From NCBI GenBank assembly GCA_038231435.1, contig JBBRLJ010000013.1, positions 32,001-96,000 of the forward strand: a stretch of 64,000 bases of DNA. The letters are read 5' to 3'. The notes under the pieces were generated by a model. That model had not been told where the DNA came from. It made no database searches and saw only the letters and a program-made list of their open reading frames with translations. The position numbers were made by a program, and so were the translations under genes. Below are positions 1 to 8,992 of the stretch, piece by piece. Each line of letters begins with the position of its first letter. The stretch's first letter is position 1. Source of the DNA: Planctomycetota bacterium (lineage in GTDB: Bacteria > Planctomycetota > UBA11346).

Positions 1-13
1 AGGGCGTCAGCCC

Positions 14-1396
14 ATGAGTGGCGAGCTCGACGACCGCATCTTCGCCTACCTCAACGACGAGATCGACGAGCCCGGCCTGCTCGCGCTCGAGCGGAGCCTG
101 CGCGACGATCCCGAAGCAGCGCCGCGTTTCGCGCGCTTCTGCAGGCGCGAGGCGGCGCTCGCGACCCTGCTGCGCGAGACGGATCTCCCTCGCAGCGTGC
201 CCGCGCCGCGAGCCCGTCGGCGCCGCCGGGTCTTCGCTTCGGTCGCTTCGACCTCTTCAGCATGGCTCGCCGCCGCCGCGCTGGTGATCGGCGTGGCCTG
301 GCTGCTGGTCGCCCAGGGCCGGGGCTCACCTGCGATCGCCCGGGTCGCCGATCTGGTCGGCTCCGCCAGCGTGCGGCGCGGGGGAGGCGAGGTGGCGCTC
401 CGTGCTGGCGATGCGCTGCGTGCCGGCGATCGTATCGTCGTCGACGCGGCGTCGCATGCGACCGTGGCGCTCGCCGATGGCAGCGATCTGGCGCTCGACG
501 CCACTACCGAACTCGATCTGCCCGCGGACGGCTCGCACCGCGTCGCGCTTGCGCGGGGGACGCTGTCCGCCCACGTAGCTCATCAGGATCCCGGCACGCC
601 GTTGGTGGTGACGACCGTGCACGGCGCGGCCCAGGTGGTCGGCACGCGCCTGCGCCTGGTGGCCGCTCAGGCATCCACCCGGCTCGAAGTCACCGAGGGT
701 CGCGTGCGGCTGACGCGTGCTGCCGACCAGTCCTCGGTGCTGGTCGATGCCGGATGCGCGGCCACCGCCACCGCGGATGCCTCGGCGGTGCTGACCGTCG
801 AGCGTCTGGTCCATCTCGCCGACCATCTCCCGGACGGTGCGCGGGTGCTGCTGCGCATGGATTCATCGGCCGCGCGCCTCGGCTGGGAGGGGGAGCTCGG
901 AGCTCCAGCCGGAACCAGCGCCGGAACTCGCGCGGGAGTCCGCTCCGAGGCCGCGGATGGTCCGCTCGCCATCGGTTCGATCCGGCCCCAGCCCGGCACG
1001 CGCTTCATGGGCGAGATCCGCTCTCCGCCGGGATTGGTGGGCGTGGTCTCTGGTGAGCAGGCCTATCTCGCGCTGCGCTACTTCGCCGAAGGGTTCGGTC
1101 CAGGCGACCTGATCAAGTTCATGCTCAAGGGCGCGGATGGCGCCGATTACCACGGCTTCGTGGCCGCCGAGAGCGGTGGCTGGCGCGAGGCCGTGGTCCG
1201 GCTCGATGGCGCCTTCGTCAATCTCGAGGATGGCGCCGCCCCACTGGGCCCCGGTGTGGCGATTGCGCAGCTCGTCTTCCTCGGCGCCGTGCCCGACGCG
1301 CGGATCGCGCCCACCGGGCCGCGCCTGTGGCTCGACGAGGTGGTGGCGTTCACCGCACCGGGGACGGTGGACACGGTGGCGGTGGAGCAGAAGTGA
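14..1396 (+). CDS. FecR-domain anti-sigma factor with C-terminal extracytoplasmic domain
   Basis: N-terminal anti-sigma-like helix (IFAYLNDEID), a TM segment, FecR motifs (LADGSDLAL, LARGTL, VVGTRL, LEVTEGRVRL). The start lies in CCATGA, as if overlapping the stop of an upstream gene cut by the window edge. Confidence 0.8.
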   Translation: MSGELDDRIFAYLNDEIDEPGLLALERSLRDDPEAAPRFARFCRREAALATLLRETDLPRSVPAPRARRRRRVFASVASTSSAWLAAAALVIGVAWLLVAQGRGSPAIARVADLVGSASVRRGGGEVALRAGDALRAGDRIVVDAASHATVALADGSDLALDATTELDLPADGSHRVALARGTLSAHVAHQDPGTPLVVTTVHGAAQVVGTRLRLVAAQASTRLEVTEGRVRLTRAADQSSVLVDAGCAATATADASAVLTVERLVHLADHLPDGARVLLRMDSSAARLGWEGELGAPAGTSAGTRAGVRSEAADGPLAIGSIRPQPGTRFMGEIRSPPGLVGVVSGEQAYLALRYFAEGFGPGDLIKFMLKGADGADYHGFVAAESGGWREAVVRLDGAFVNLEDGAAPLGPGVAIAQLVFLGAVPDARIAPTGPRLWLDEVVAFTAPGTVDTVAVEQK

Positions 1397-1420
1397 GGTC
1401 GCTGGTGGTTACTGATGAGT

Positions 1421-1469
1421 GCTCAGGGCTCACGGCTCATGACTCATGACTCACGGATGACGGATGATG
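1421..1469. repeat. Degenerate heptamer tandem repeat (7 units)
   Basis: gctcagg gctcacg gctcatg actcatg actcacg gatgacg gatgatg. Confidence 0.7.
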
Positions 1470-1570
1470 GTGGCCAGAAGCGGACAGTGGCCAGCGGACC
1501 GCCAGATTTCCGCGCCTAATCGCCTGGCATGCGTCACGTGGAGGGGTCGCTCCACCAGACGAGGTGCCCC

Positions 1571-3655
1571 ATGCCCGATCTCCCTGCCGCCTCGCGCCTC
1601 GCGCTGCTCGTGCTGATGCTGCCGCTCGTCTTCGCAACGGCGCATGCCGCATCGGCTCCGGTGGTGCTCTATACCGATGCCGTGTCAGGGCCGACCAGCG
1701 GCGGCGAGGGAGGGCACGGGGCGTACCTGTCGATCTTCGGACGGAACTTCGGCTCGGCGTCGGGCATGGGTACCACGACCCGGGTGCGCATCGGCGGCGT
1801 CGAGGTGGCGAACTACCGTTTCCTGGGCCTGTCGAAGGTGGGCGCCACGCTCGGCACGCAGCAGCTCACGGTGCAGGTCGGGGCCTTGGGCGCGCCGATG
1901 CCTGGCGTCGCGCTGCCGATCACGGTCACCGTCAGTGGCGTATCGAGCAATGGCGACCTCACCTTCACCCCCAATCCCGGACGCGTGCTCTTCGTGTCGC
2001 TCGCGGGCGACGACGCGACCGCGGTCGCGGGCGATATCAGCAGACCCTGGCGTCACCTGCAGACCGCGGCGCGAGGCGGCGCCTATGCGACGCTGCGCGC
2101 TGGCGATCACCTGGTGGTCCGCGGCGGATCCTGGAGCGACCTCGGATTCGACACCGCCTGGCTGCGCTTCCGCGATCCGGCGCAGCAGGGCTCAGCTCCG
2201 AGCGGCGCGATCGGCACGGGCTGGATCCACATCACCGCCTATCCCGGGCCGATCGGCGGCACTGCCGTCGAGGATGTGCACTACACCACACCCGCGGGCG
2301 CCAAGGGCGGCATCCAGGGCCCGGGCTCGGCCTTCGCCGCCACCACCGGCGAGTACGTCTCGGTGTCGAACCTGCGCATCGATGTGAATGCCGCCGCGAC
2401 CAGCGACGCCGCGCCGATCAACGTGCAGTACACCGCGGGACATTGGCGCATCGTCAACGACGAGCTCGGGCCTTGGCCATCGACGCTCACGGCGCCGGGC
2501 AACGCCAGGGCGGGCGGAGTATCGGGCTGCGGTGATGGCGTCTCCGTGCTGGGCGATGACATCCACGACATCGGTTGCGATCCCGCGGCTCTCGAGAACC
2601 ACGGCATCTACGCCGATACCGGTGCGCAGAACTGGGAGGTGGCATGGTGCCACATCCACGACATCCCCGGCGGCAGCCTGGTGCAGTTCAACGACGCCCT
2701 CGGCGGCAGCGGTACCGCGACGCTGCCAGGCGGTTCCGTCTGGCCGGGCTTCGTCGGGCTGCGCGTGCACCACAACCGGCTCGAGAACGCGGCGAAGTAT
2801 GGGTTGAACATCGCCGACAACGGCGCCTACGCCGGCCGCGTGGAATGCCGCGCCTGGAACAACGTGATCACCGGCACGCGCCTGCCGCCGATCCGCATGA
2901 ATTCCACCGCCACGCAGATGGACGCGACCTTCGCCCACAACACCATCCACCAGGCGATGGTGTCCTTCTCTGGCAGTGGCAACGGCTACTTCCGCAACGA
3001 GGGCCTGGGCGCGGCGCCACGCGTGATCCGGGTCTACGACAACCTGCTCTCGATCGGCCCTGCCACCATCGCCGGGACCACCTGGTTCTCCGACCAGTCC
3101 GGATCGTCGGGCGGATGGTCGTTCCGGAACAACCTCTACTGGGACGCTGGTCGCGGGCTGCCGGGCTTCACCGCCGACACCTCGCGCGTGATCGGCGATC
3201 CACGCTTCGTGAACCCTGCCGCCGGCGATCTCTCGCTCTCCGCCGCGAGCCCGGCCATCGACGCCGCCAGGCAGGCGCTGCCATTCACTATCGGCGACGA
3301 CGCCACCGGCACGGTGGCACGCCCCCAGGGGGCCGCGAACGATATCGGTGCGTACGAGGCCGTCGTCGGTGGCGGGCCCGCGGGAACCGGCAGTGGCGGC
3401 ACGAGCGCCGGCACCACCGGTGTGAGCAGCAGCGGTACCGGTACCGGTACCGGCGGCACAGCCTCCAGCGCCTCTGGTGGCGGAACCGGAACCAGCACCG
3501 GTGCCACCGGCACCGGCAGTGGCTCCTCGAGCGCCGGCACCTCTTCTGGTTCGGGAAGCGGTGGCGCGGGCAGCGGAGGCAGTGGTGCCTGCGGCTTCGG
3601 CGGTGGCCTGGCTGTGGCCGTTGGCGGGTTGCTGGTTGCTTGGCGTCGACGCTGA
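1571..3655 (+). CDS. Secreted right-handed beta-helix (pectin lyase-like) protein with IPT/TIG-like N-terminus, Gly/Ser/Thr linker and C-terminal anchor
   Basis: Signal peptide; beta-helix repeats (DIHDI, HGIY, HIHDI); choice-of-anchor-Q-like DLSLSAASPAIDA...DIGAYE; tail GACGFGGGLAVAVGGLLVAWRRR. ATG 1571 follows GAGGTG. Confidence 0.75.
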   Translation: MPDLPAASRLALLVLMLPLVFATAHAASAPVVLYTDAVSGPTSGGEGGHGAYLSIFGRNFGSASGMGTTTRVRIGGVEVANYRFLGLSKVGATLGTQQLTVQVGALGAPMPGVALPITVTVSGVSSNGDLTFTPNPGRVLFVSLAGDDATAVAGDISRPWRHLQTAARGGAYATLRAGDHLVVRGGSWSDLGFDTAWLRFRDPAQQGSAPSGAIGTGWIHITAYPGPIGGTAVEDVHYTTPAGAKGGIQGPGSAFAATTGEYVSVSNLRIDVNAAATSDAAPINVQYTAGHWRIVNDELGPWPSTLTAPGNARAGGVSGCGDGVSVLGDDIHDIGCDPAALENHGIYADTGAQNWEVAWCHIHDIPGGSLVQFNDALGGSGTATLPGGSVWPGFVGLRVHHNRLENAAKYGLNIADNGAYAGRVECRAWNNVITGTRLPPIRMNSTATQMDATFAHNTIHQAMVSFSGSGNGYFRNEGLGAAPRVIRVYDNLLSIGPATIAGTTWFSDQSGSSGGWSFRNNLYWDAGRGLPGFTADTSRVIGDPRFVNPAAGDLSLSAASPAIDAARQALPFTIGDDATGTVARPQGAANDIGAYEAVVGGGPAGTGSGGTSAGTTGVSSSGTGTGTGGTASSASGGGTGTSTGATGTGSGSSSAGTSSGSGSGGAGSGGSGACGFGGGLAVAVGGLLVAWRRR

Positions 3656-3887
3656 CCGGTTGCGATTCTGTCGCACGCATCTTGCCAGATGTGGCAGGGC
3701 AGCGCGGCTTGCCGAATCTCAGCGACTTCTGCGCCTTTTCCGCCGCCGCTTCAAGTGCACCCACCGCACGCTGGCGCGCCGGGCCACGGTGACTGGTTCG
3801 TCTGACCGACTGGTAACGGATGTCCCCTGCCGGAGAGGGCGCCGCAGCGCGCACAATCAGCATGGCAGGGCGCGCCCGACCGGCACG

Positions 3888-4778
3888 ATGGCCTGCGTGG
3901 ACCATCGCCTGTTCGATGCCTCGACGCTAGCGCTGCTGCAGGACCCACGCCGTTGGCGGCTCGCCTCGACGCTGTTCGCTCCCGAGACCTCGCCGGTCGA
4001 CGATCGTGCGCACCGTCATTGGCGCCTGCGCCACACCCACGCCCACGCCCACCGCGAGATCCTGATCGCGCTCGATGGCGAGGCCCTTTACGGGCACGTG
4101 CCGGGGATCTTCCGCTGCGCGCCCGGAACGGTCATGTACTTCGATGCCGGCGAGGCCCACGACGACGGCTATCCGCCGACGGTCGAGGGCATCCGTCACT
4201 TGTGGCTGATGATCGCGAGCGGATGGGTCGCGGTGAACCAGCTCACGTCGACGCAGGGGCGGCTCGAGGCGCTCATGCCGATGATCGGGCTGGGCACGGC
4301 CGAGCTCGGATTCGACGCCGCCGCCGCGCTCGACCGCTGCCGCGTGGAAGCGCGCGAACATCCCGAGCTCGCGCGGCTCGATCTGCTGTCGGTGGTGCAG
4401 GCGATCGTCGCGCGCGTCATCGACGCCGGTTGGCGCCACGACGCGGGCGAGAGCGGCACGCACCAGTCGCGCGCCATCGCGGCGGTGCGGCGGCACGTCA
4501 GCGACACCGCCGGTGCCGGAGCCTCGCTCGACGCTCTCGCGCTGCTGTCCGGCTACAGCCGCTTCCACCTGGTGCGCCTGTTCAAGCGCGAAACCGGCAT
4601 GGGACTGGGCGACTGGATCGACCGCTGCCGTCTCGAGCGTATCCAACAGCTGCAGAAGGCAGGGAAAACGCTCGCCGAGGCGGCGCAGGCGCTCGGCTTC
4701 TCGTCGCCGTCGGCGCTGTCGCGCTGGTGCGGTCGCCATGGCGTACGCTGGACGCGCGCCCCGCGTCGCGTCCGCTGA
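3888..4778 (+). CDS. AraC-family transcriptional regulator
   Basis: Cupin-like HAHAHRE motif; C-terminal HTH (LDALALLSGYSRFHLVRLFKRETG...ALGFSSPSALSR). Start chosen at the internal ATG. Confidence 0.85.
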   Translation: MACVDHRLFDASTLALLQDPRRWRLASTLFAPETSPVDDRAHRHWRLRHTHAHAHREILIALDGEALYGHVPGIFRCAPGTVMYFDAGEAHDDGYPPTVEGIRHLWLMIASGWVAVNQLTSTQGRLEALMPMIGLGTAELGFDAAAALDRCRVEAREHPELARLDLLSVVQAIVARVIDAGWRHDAGESGTHQSRAIAAVRRHVSDTAGAGASLDALALLSGYSRFHLVRLFKRETGMGLGDWIDRCRLERIQQLQKAGKTLAEAAQALGFSSPSALSRWCGRHGVRWTRAPRRVR

Positions 4779-4821
4779 GCGGTGACGACCATCGAGACTG
4801 GCGTGCGCCAGCCTCCAGCCT

Positions 4822-5583
4822 CTAGCCGACGGATCCCGCGAGTCTGCCCGAGGCTTCGGCGCGCATAGATGCCACGTGGGCCCCGACCGCGCCCATGGTA
4901 TCCGTCCACACCTCTGGACGTGTCGCCACGTACTCAAGGAGACGATCCAGCTCGGCGGTGCGCACCATCTGGGACCCCGAATCGCCCACATCGTGGCCGA
5001 CCAGCACCAGCCATTGCCCCTGCGCGATCGCCGCGTCGAGCCACGCGCGCATCTGCTCGAAGCTCGCGCCATCGGCATCGGTGCCGCCGACCTGGGCGAG
5101 ATCGACGAATGTGGGATCGTTCGCGTACTCGTCGCGGAATCCCCGTCCGACCTGGAAGTGGCGCGCCACCACCGGCACGTAGCTGCGCGTCGCTTCGCCC
5201 CTGCCCACGAACTTCTGCCCGCAGCAGTACGCGAAGCTGGCGGGAATCCGGCCGCTGAAGGCGGCGATCTCGGTGTTCATGGCGACGAGTTCGTCCTCCA
5301 TGCGTTCGAGGGTGTAGTCCTCGAGCGGGTTCGCCCGCGCGAAGCCGAAGTTTCCGCTACACGGGTGCAGGCGGGTATGGTTGCCGAGTTCATGCCCTCT
5401 CGCGAGCGCGCTGCGCCACAGCGCCTCCGCACGCCGTACCTCGGGCATCAGCACGAAGAACGTCGCCTTCACGCCGTGCGCGTTAAGGATCGGCAGTCCA
5501 TGCGTCATCTGCGACGGCTTCGCGTCGTCGAAGCTGATGCTCAGCGCGCAGCGGCGCCCATCGGGCCAGTGGAAGGTCGTCAT
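4822..5583 (-). CDS. Polysaccharide deacetylase (CE4/NodB-like)
   Basis: SISFDD, KATFF, GHELGNHTRLH motifs. Confidence 0.85.
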   Translation of the reverse strand: MTTFHWPDGRRCALSISFDDAKPSQMTHGLPILNAHGVKATFFVLMPEVRRAEALWRSALARGHELGNHTRLHPCSGNFGFARANPLEDYTLERMEDELVAMNTEIAAFSGRIPASFAYCCGQKFVGRGEATRSYVPVVARHFQVGRGFRDEYANDPTFVDLAQVGGTDADGASFEQMRAWLDAAIAQGQWLVLVGHDVGDSGSQMVRTAELDRLLEYVATRPEVWTDTMGAVGAHVASMRAEASGRLAGSVG

Positions 5584-5589
5584 GGCGCC

Positions 5590-6822
5590 TCAGCTCGCCT
5601 GGGCCGGTTGGCGCGCGGCCGCGCTGATCGCATCCGCCACCGCGTCGGCTTCGGCGTCGGTCCAATCCGGGTTCAGCGCCACCAGCGCGGTGCGCGCGAG
5701 GATACTGAGCGTGCGAGGCAGCATGTCCGGGCCGTACTTCTGGCTTGAACCGGCATTGGCTGGGTGCAGGAAAGGATCCGCAGCTGCGCTGTACGCGCCC
5801 TGGCGCGACATCAGCGGATCCCAGTTGCGGTAGACGTGGCGGCCGCTGTCGATCGGACGGTAGGCGGTTGGACGAGGGGCTGTCGGACGATCGCTGTTCG
5901 CGCGACCGAGCGAGGCGCAGAACGCGACCGCGTCGCTGGCGTCCGCGAATGACAGGCCGAGGTACGAGGCGGTGCCGGTGGCGTCGCCGCCGCGCAGCGG
6001 CATCACCTCGATGCCGTCAGCGCGCAGGCGTGCCAGCACGCGCGCGCGCGCGTGGTGCAGGTCGTCGAGGATGCCGTCGAGCCGCGCCAGCTGGGCGCGC
6101 AGGATCGCCGCCAGGATCTCGTTGCCGCGCAGGTTGATGCCGCAGAAGGGATTCACGGTCAGGTCCTTGCCATGGGGCCTGAAGATGCACCCGCCATCGT
6201 GGAAGATCAGCGCACGCTCGTAGGCCTCGCGGTCCTTCGCCAGGTACGCGCCGCTGTCGCCGCACGAGATCATCTTGAACTGGTTGAAGCTGTACGCCCC
6301 CATGTCGCCGATCGCTCCCAGACGCTCGCTCCCGTTCCAGCGGCCGCCGTCGGCCTGGCAGGCATCCTCGATGAGCAGCAGGCGGTGGCGCGCGGCGATC
6401 TCGCGCAGCGCGTCGAGGTCGCAGGCGAGGCCGTTCATATGCACCGGGTTGATCGCGCGCGTGCGCGGCGTGATGGCGCGCTCGACGGCCGCCGGGTCGA
6501 TGGTCAGCGACTCGTCGATGTCGACGATCACCGGGATCACGCCCATATGCAGCGGCGCGAGCGCCGAGGCGATCCAGGTGTAGCCGGGGATGATGACCTC
6601 GTCACCGGGTCCAAGGCCGAGCCCGGCGTAGCAGCACAGCAGCGCCGCAGTGCCGCTGGAGACCATGCCGACGTGCGGGCTGCCGGTGGCGATCGCGAGT
6701 TCCGCCTCGAACTTGGCTGCCTCGCCGAGGTGACCTGCCGCAGGGTCACCATAGCGGAACCACTGGCCGCTGGAGAGGACCCTGGTGGCGGCTTCGATCT
6801 CTTCGCGTCCGTGGCGGTACAT
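5590..6822 (-). CDS. DegT/DnrJ/EryC1/StrS PLP-dependent aminotransferase
   Basis: SSGTAAL, PGDEVIIP, IEDACQADG, SFNQFK (PLP lysine); start at MYRHG. Confidence 0.9.
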   Translation of the reverse strand: MYRHGREEIEAATRVLSSGQWFRYGDPAAGHLGEAAKFEAELAIATGSPHVGMVSSGTAALLCCYAGLGLGPGDEVIIPGYTWIASALAPLHMGVIPVIVDIDESLTIDPAAVERAITPRTRAINPVHMNGLACDLDALREIAARHRLLLIEDACQADGGRWNGSERLGAIGDMGAYSFNQFKMISCGDSGAYLAKDREAYERALIFHDGGCIFRPHGKDLTVNPFCGINLRGNEILAAILRAQLARLDGILDDLHHARARVLARLRADGIEVMPLRGGDATGTASYLGLSFADASDAVAFCASLGRANSDRPTAPRPTAYRPIDSGRHVYRNWDPLMSRQGAYSAAADPFLHPANAGSSQKYGPDMLPRTLSILARTALVALNPDWTDAEADAVADAISAAARQPAQAS

Positions 6823-7057
6823 GGCTGGCTCCTGCCGCCATCCTCGAAGTCGGGAGGGCTCCGCGATTGCCCGGACGTGCTCTCGTTGACCGGCGTTGCT
6901 CGGGCCCAGGAAGCGGCGTTCGTCCGGCGGAACACGAGAGGTGGGCACCCCGCCCTAGTGCGGATCACCGCGTGGACATGCGATGGATTGCGGCGGAATT
7001 GCTGTGGAACTCAGAACAGTGAATCCCTGTAAGCTGGATCTCCTACAGAGTCTTCAA

Positions 7058-7134
7058 TGGCGCACCCATCAGGATTCGAACCTGAGACCTACCGCTTAGA
7101 AGGCGGTTGCTCTGTCCAGCTGAGCTATGGGTGC
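7058..7134 (-). tRNA. tRNA-Arg (anticodon TCT)
   Basis: GCACCCATAGCTCAGCTGGACAGAGCAACCGCCTTCTAAGCGGTAGGTCTCAGGTTCGAATCCTGATGGGTGCGCCA; cloverleaf, TTCGAA loop, encoded CCA. Confidence 0.96.
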
Positions 7135-7358
7135 GGACGATCCAGCCACTCCCATTGTGACGCCACCGCCTCCGTGGAAAGCGATGAACGGACTCGGCTG
7201 GCCGCGGAGTTTCTTGCGCTTTCCGCTTCGGCCTTCGCTCACCGTCGTGTGTCTGGTGCTTGTGATCCAGGTGATCGGGGACGCGGGCATCGAGGAATCG
7301 CCTGGCCCCACGCGCCCCGTGCGCTTGCGTGCTGCAAACGTCAGGGGTACGGTAGAAA

Positions 7359-8459
7359 ATGATGTTGTACATCGTATCTGGTCGCGCCGTCCTCATGCCG
7401 CTCCTGGTCTGTGTCGCCATGCTCGGGCGGGCGCCGGCCGCCGACCCCGGCGCCCCCATTGAAGGCGCAGGGGCCCGGCTCGTCCTGGCCCCAGGTTGGC
7501 GTGAAGCCGCTGCAGGAGCGGCGAACCTGCTCACGGTCGAGAACGCCGCGCTCGGCTGCCGCGTCACCGTCGAGGTACGGCACATCAACCCCTTCCCGAG
7601 TGACCTCGCCAACCAGCGTCTGATCGAGATGACCGGTCCCGGAGCTGCCGCCGTGCTGAAGGAGCACCCCATCCATTCGTGCACGTTCCGGGACGCCGTC
7701 CCGGTGATGAAGCGGTACGCGTACCTGAAGGCGAGCTGGCTGCTGTATGTCGATTCGCTGACGGACGCGCCTCTCGGAGACTATTGGCAGGTCGTCCCGC
7801 TCGAGGGCGTATCGCTCATCGTCCACGCGGCGTTCACCCGCCTACCGCCGAAGGACGCCGATCGGGACCGCGTCCTGGAGCAGCTCGGTCCGCTCGTCGA
7901 CTCCATCGAGCCGCTGGATGCGGTCGGCGAGAATGCCTTCACGGTCGAACGTCCTGATGCTCCCGAGGACGTGAAGACCCACCCGTTGGCGCTACGGGAC
8001 CTGGCCGCATGGTTGAAGACGGACACGGGCCTCGCCTTCCATCCCTATGTCTATCGGCACGGGTGGACCCACCGACTTCTCGACCGGCTGCCCGCCGAGT
8101 TCTGCGGCGCATGGTGCCCATACGGGCAGGACTCGAATCCGCTCGAGGTGCATCTCGCCGACTGTGCGTTCCTTCCCGGCTCGAAGGCGGAGGACATTAA
8201 TGTCCCCGAGCGGATCCATGCCTATTACGACGGCGATCGGCTGGTGCAGCTGTGGGTGACCTACAAGGAGCGCGGAACTTCGAGGGTCCGTCACGGCGAA
8301 CACGTGCTGCGTCTCGGCAAGCACGGCGAGGTGGTGGAGAACCCGATGTTGCCCGGCAACGAGACCGTGATGGGCGGACGGGTGTACACCGTGAAGCCCG
8401 CGACCGAGGCGAAACCGATCGAACAGCACCAGGCTGGGCACGAAACGAAGCATCGCTGA
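7359..8459 (+). CDS. Hypothetical exported protein (start may be ATG 7396)
   Basis: Long ORF with protein-like composition and hydrophobic N-terminus; no family recognised. Confidence 0.65.
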   Translation: MMLYIVSGRAVLMPLLVCVAMLGRAPAADPGAPIEGAGARLVLAPGWREAAAGAANLLTVENAALGCRVTVEVRHINPFPSDLANQRLIEMTGPGAAAVLKEHPIHSCTFRDAVPVMKRYAYLKASWLLYVDSLTDAPLGDYWQVVPLEGVSLIVHAAFTRLPPKDADRDRVLEQLGPLVDSIEPLDAVGENAFTVERPDAPEDVKTHPLALRDLAAWLKTDTGLAFHPYVYRHGWTHRLLDRLPAEFCGAWCPYGQDSNPLEVHLADCAFLPGSKAEDINVPERIHAYYDGDRLVQLWVTYKERGTSRVRHGEHVLRLGKHGEVVENPMLPGNETVMGGRVYTVKPATEAKPIEQHQAGHETKHR

Positions 8460-8488
8460 CGCGCCGAGCTATGGCACATGCAGCCCGA

Positions 8489-8596
8489 GCCCCATCGCCC
8501 GCGATGAGGTGGCGCCGAGTGGCGGTGGGCGGATGCAATCGGCGCAGCCAATGCGCCCACGGTTTCGCCGCGTCCAGCATAACCGAGCCACGACAC
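8489..8596. repeat. Repeat family A, partial degenerate copy
   Basis: Aligns with 8670-8790 and 48322-48440. Confidence 0.8.
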
Positions 8597-8669
8597 AGTC
8601 GCGAGCCGCGTACGAACACGATTGAGGCGGGCAGTCATCAGTGCCGAAGGCGATAACCACCATCCAACC

Positions 8670-8827
8670 GGGGGCCCCATCGCCCGCGATGGGGCGGCGC
8701 CGAGTGGCGGTGGGCGGATACCATCGGCGTAGCCGATCCGCCCACGGTTTCGCCAGCCCCCGGCGAAACCGAGCCACGACAAAGCCGTGGGGTAGGCCCG
8801 CAGGGCCGTAGGGGCGAAGCCCCTGAC
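8670..8827. repeat. Repeat family A, about 160-bp multi-hairpin REP-like element
   Basis: Close match to 48322-48481; ends GTAGGCCCGCAGGGCC-GTAGGGGCGAAGCCCCTGAC. Confidence 0.88.
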
Positions 8828-8834
8828 TGTAAAT

Positions 8835-8908
8835 TGGAGGCGCCACCACGATTCGAACGTGGGTAAGGAGAGTTGCAATCTCCCGCGTGACCGCTCCGCC
8901 ATAGCGCC
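8835..8908 (-). tRNA. tRNA-Cys (anticodon GCA)
   Basis: GGCGCTATGGCGGAGCGGTCACGCGGGAGATTGCAACTCTCCTTACCCACGTTCGAATCGTGGTGGCGCCTCCA; U73 discriminator, CCA. Confidence 0.93.
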
Positions 8909-8992
8909 GGGATCACTCTAACGAAGCTGGCATGCACAGCCTCGTCCGCACTGGCGGACCTTCGACGCCCGCGGAAGCAGGCCGATCCGGGC

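Noticed and set aside
6871..7050. Inverted 7-mers and a GCGGCGGAA/GCTGTGGAA direct repeat downstream of tRNA-Arg as a riboswitch or att arm
   Set aside because: The matches are short, fit no known consensus, and there is no integrase or att duplication in the window.
8470..8830. Possible CRISPR array in the palindromic clusters (also 48040-48500)
   Set aside because: There are no regularly spaced identical repeats with unique spacers and no cas genes.
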